A DNA stretch of 64,000 bases, taken from Alphaproteobacteria bacterium (GTDB lineage: Bacteria > Pseudomonadota > Alphaproteobacteria > Bin95). The DNA is taken from contig OZ219786.1 in NCBI GenBank assembly GCA_964291285.2, forward strand, positions 1,369,675-1,433,674, read 5' to 3'. The translations under genes were made by a program, and so were the position numbers. Below, in pieces: positions 59,548 to 64,000 of the stretch (position 1 is the first letter of the stretch; every line of letters begins with the position of its first letter). A model generated the notes under the pieces. It had not been told where the DNA came from. It was given only the letters and a program-made list of their open reading frames with translations, and made no database searches.

Positions 59548-61561
59548 CCCGACTTCCGCAACTCGGCTTGAGAATCGACTGATTTGACGGTTTTCCGGCG
59601 CGAGAAGTGTCGGATTTCGGTGCAGTACCTCTCGGGACCGGCTTGTAGTGCCGACCTACCCCCTTGATCGGGCTGGCGAAGATCCGGACGCTGCGCTGAT
59701 GTTCGTGCGCTGCAAGAGACGCTTCAAGGACGGCAAGGAGCACCGCTACTGGAGCGTTGTGGAGAACGTCCGGGTCCACGGCGGTCGGGTTGTTCAGCGT
59801 CAGGTGCTCTATCTCGGGGAGATCAACGACAGCCAGCGAGCGGCGTGGTGCCGCTCGATCGAGGTGGTGGAGGGCAAGTCGCGATCACGGCAGATGGCGC
59901 TGTTTCCCGAGGACCGGGAGGCGCCGGCGCTGACTTGCGAAGTGGTGAAGATCGACCTCTCGCAGGTGGCGCTTCACGACCCGCGCCAGTGGGGGGCGTG
60001 CTGGCTGGCGCTGTCCTTGTGGGACCGCCTGGACCTGGACCGCTTCTGGGAAGAGCGGCTGCCGGCGAGCCGGCAAGGCACGCGGTGGCTGGACATCCTG
60101 AAGATCCAGGTCTGCTACCGGCTGATCGACCCGGGCAGCGAGTGGCGCCTTCACCGTCACTGGTATGAGCACAGCGCGCTTCGCGATCTTCTGGGTGGCG
60201 AGCGGGCGATCGCCGACGACACACTCTATCGCTGTCTCGACAAGCTGCTGGCGCACAAGCAGGGCTTCTTCTCGTTTCTGCGCGACCGCTGGGCGACGCT
60301 GTTCGAGGCGCGCTTCGACGTGCTGCTCTACGACCTGACCTCGACCTACTTCGAGAGCGATCCGCCGTTCGATGACAAGCGCCGCTTCGGCTACAGCCGG
60401 GACAAGCGGCCCGACTGCGTGCAGGTGGTGATCGCCCTGATCGTTACGCCGCAGGGCTTTCCGCTGGCCTATGAGGTGATGCCGGGCAACACCTCCGACG
60501 ACACCACGCTGGCGGCGTTCCTCAAGAAGATCGAGGATCAGTATGGCCGCTCCGAGCGGGTGTGGATCATGGACCGCGGCATCCCCACCGAGGAGACGCT
60601 GGCCGCGATGCGCGAGGGCGAGGCGCCGGTGCGCTACCTGGTGGGCACGCCCAAGGGCCGGCTGACGCGGCTCGAGAAGGTGTTCCTGGGCCTGCCCTGG
60701 CAGGAGGTGCGCCAGTCCGTGACTGTCAAGCTTCTGGTCGAGGATGGCGAGCTCTACGTCCTGGTGCGCAGCGAGGGGCGGCAGGTGAAGGAACGCGGCA
60801 TGCGCCGGCGCCGGCTGAAGAGGCTGTGGCGTCGATTGGCCGAGTTGCAAGGGCAGTCGAACAGCCGGGATCAGTTGTTGCTCAAGCTCGGCGCCGCCAG
60901 GAAGGAGGCCGGCCGGGCCTGGAGCCTGGTCGACATCACCGTGCCCGGGACCGACAGCGAACTCGCCGCCAACGGCTTCTCATTCCGCCTGCAGCGCGAC
61001 CGGCTGCGCCAGGTCCGCCGCCGCGAGGGCCGTTACCTGCTGCGATCCAACATGGTCGCCGAAGACCCCGCCACGCTGTGGCATCTGTACATGCAGCTCG
61101 TCGAGATCGAGCAGGCGTTCAAGGAACTCAAGCACGACCTCGCGATCCGCCCCATCTTCCATCAGCGCCAAGAGCGCATCGAGGCGCATATCTTCGTCTC
61201 GTTCATCGCCTACTGCCTGCTGGTGACCCTGAAGAACCTCGCCCGGCCGCGCGCCCCGGGCCTCACCCCACGCGCCATCCTTGAGGCCTTCGCCACCATC
61301 CAGATGGTGGACGTCCATCTGCCAACCACCGACGGCCGGCACCTCGTCCTGCCGCGCCACACCCGGCCGAACAAGGAGCACGAGCTACTGCTGCAACAGC
61401 TCGGCATGACCTGGCCGCAGCAACCCGCACCCCGGATCTCCGCCTGACGGCACACGGCGCCGCCTCTCCGTTCGCCGCCTTGTAGTGCCGACCCTCGGGG
61501 AGACGATCAAGGCTATTCAATGAGTTAGCATCCTCATGACCCCCGAGTTGCGGAAGTCGGG
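59548..61561 (+). mobile_element. IS1634-family insertion sequence
   Basis: Perfect 19-bp IR CCCGACTTCCGCAACTCGG; internal direct repeat CTTGTAGTGCCGACC near both ends; no TSD. Confidence 0.93.
59699..61447 (+). CDS. IS1634 transposase
   Basis: YDLTSTYFE, GYSRDKRPD, IMDRGI, IEQAFKELK, RPIFHQ...AHIFVSF. Confidence 0.95.
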   Translation: MFVRCKRRFKDGKEHRYWSVVENVRVHGGRVVQRQVLYLGEINDSQRAAWCRSIEVVEGKSRSRQMALFPEDREAPALTCEVVKIDLSQVALHDPRQWGACWLALSLWDRLDLDRFWEERLPASRQGTRWLDILKIQVCYRLIDPGSEWRLHRHWYEHSALRDLLGGERAIADDTLYRCLDKLLAHKQGFFSFLRDRWATLFEARFDVLLYDLTSTYFESDPPFDDKRRFGYSRDKRPDCVQVVIALIVTPQGFPLAYEVMPGNTSDDTTLAAFLKKIEDQYGRSERVWIMDRGIPTEETLAAMREGEAPVRYLVGTPKGRLTRLEKVFLGLPWQEVRQSVTVKLLVEDGELYVLVRSEGRQVKERGMRRRRLKRLWRRLAELQGQSNSRDQLLLKLGAARKEAGRAWSLVDITVPGTDSELAANGFSFRLQRDRLRQVRRREGRYLLRSNMVAEDPATLWHLYMQLVEIEQAFKELKHDLAIRPIFHQRQERIEAHIFVSFIAYCLLVTLKNLARPRAPGLTPRAILEAFATIQMVDVHLPTTDGRHLVLPRHTRPNKEHELLLQQLGMTWPQQPAPRISA

Positions 61562-61814
61562 TTAGGACGAAATGGTTGAGTGTTGTCAAATCGGGGCGGA
61601 AACATGCGCGCCCCGGGCAAGGCGTCCGCGCACCCACCTGAAGCGCTTCGGTCCGGCAGACCGGGCTTCCGTCGATGTCGCGGGCGGCCGGGATGAGACA
61701 ATGGCGCCTCGTCTTCGGCGGCCACGGCAGCGTCTCCTTTGGCCTGCCGCGGCGCAAGCTGCTCAGTCGGGTATTCGTCTCGCTCGTGATCGCGGCGCGA
61801 TGCAATTCGGTCAT

Positions 61815-61891
61815 TGGCGCGCCCTGGAGGACTCGAACCTCCGACCTGCGGATTAGAAGTCCGCTGCTCTATCCAGCTGAGCTAAGGGCGC
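61815..61891 (-). tRNA. tRNA-Arg (anticodon TCT)
   Basis: GCGCCCTTAGCTCAGCTGGATAGAGCAGCGGACTTCTAATCCGCAGGTCGGAGGTTCGAGTCCTCCAGGGCGCGCCA, 77 nt cloverleaf with encoded CCA. Confidence 0.97.
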
Positions 61892-61901
61892 GCATGTCCG
61901 C

Positions 61902-62198
61902 TTACCCGGAGACCCGGTTCCAGCGGAAATTGTCCGCGTAGGCCTTCGGTCTCACGCGGCGCTGCTGCGGGGCGCGCAGGCTGTATTCGAGGCCGCGCTT
62001 CTCGCAATAGGCGAGGGCCGCCTCCTGCGTCGCGAATTCCAGCCGCACCTGCTGGCGGGTGTCGCGGGAGCTGGTCCAGCCCATGAGCGGATCAAGCTGT
62101 CGGGCCGATTCCTGCTCGAACTCGACCACCCACATGCCGGTCCGTCCCCGGCCCTGCTGCATCGCCGTGCGGGTCGGGCTGAAGATGCATGCTCGCAT
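61902..62198 (-). CDS. ETC complex I subunit (NDUFS4-like)
   Basis: TAMQQG, DPLMGWTSS.DT..QV.L.F, YADNF. Confidence 0.9.
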   Translation of the reverse strand: MRACIFSPTRTAMQQGRGRTGMWVVEFEQESARQLDPLMGWTSSRDTRQQVRLEFATQEAALAYCEKRGLEYSLRAPQQRRVRPKAYADNFRWNRVSG

Positions 62199-62262
62199 GG
62201 CCTCGTTCGCGCTCCATCGCCTCGCTGCAACGGGGTCCTTATCCGCCCGGAGCGCCCGCGGG

Positions 62263-64000
<1,738 letters not shown>

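Noticed and set aside
61562-61891. tRNA-Arg as the integration site of the island
   Set aside because: No duplicated tRNA 3' end was seen and the elements have their own defined boundaries elsewhere.

Overview
High-GC (~70%) alphaproteobacterial chromosome segment (Rhodospirillales-like gene order; a host-associated, e.g. sponge-symbiont, lifestyle is only inferred from Fn3 autotransporter and MORN/SH3 proteins). Left arm (1-10.5 kb): catabolic genes (GST, 2OG-Fe oxygenase, amidase, HisD paralogue, two amidohydrolase-fold proteins plus a Rieske ferredoxin). Right arm (53-64 kb): housekeeping genes (dut, coaBC, ubiB, ubiE, mutM, tRNA-Arg, eno, kdsA). The middle is a nest of mobile elements that can be reconstructed from target duplications. 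An IS5-family copy (10607-50813) is split by a 39.3-kb tyrosine-integrase/MOBF-relaxase mobilizable element bounded by a 7-bp repeat TCAAACG. That element carries an F-like oriT nic site, a leading region (ssb, DUF2493, five-zinc-finger protein) and a ~1358-aa STAND/NACHT ATPase-nuclease gene broken by an ISAs1 and by a tandem dimer of a 1.94-kb IS. The second IS copy of that dimer is itself split by an 11-kb element (10-bp repeat ACACCGCGCC, subterminal inverted repeats) encoding two tandem intact tyrosine integrases, a GIY-YIG nuclease, a poly-C-bearing Fn3 autotransporter and an RHH protein. The best candidates for an undescribed system are this twin-integrase adhesin-carrying element and the fact that both integrase elements sit inside IS transposase genes. 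All calls are from reading the sequence; no database searches were run.
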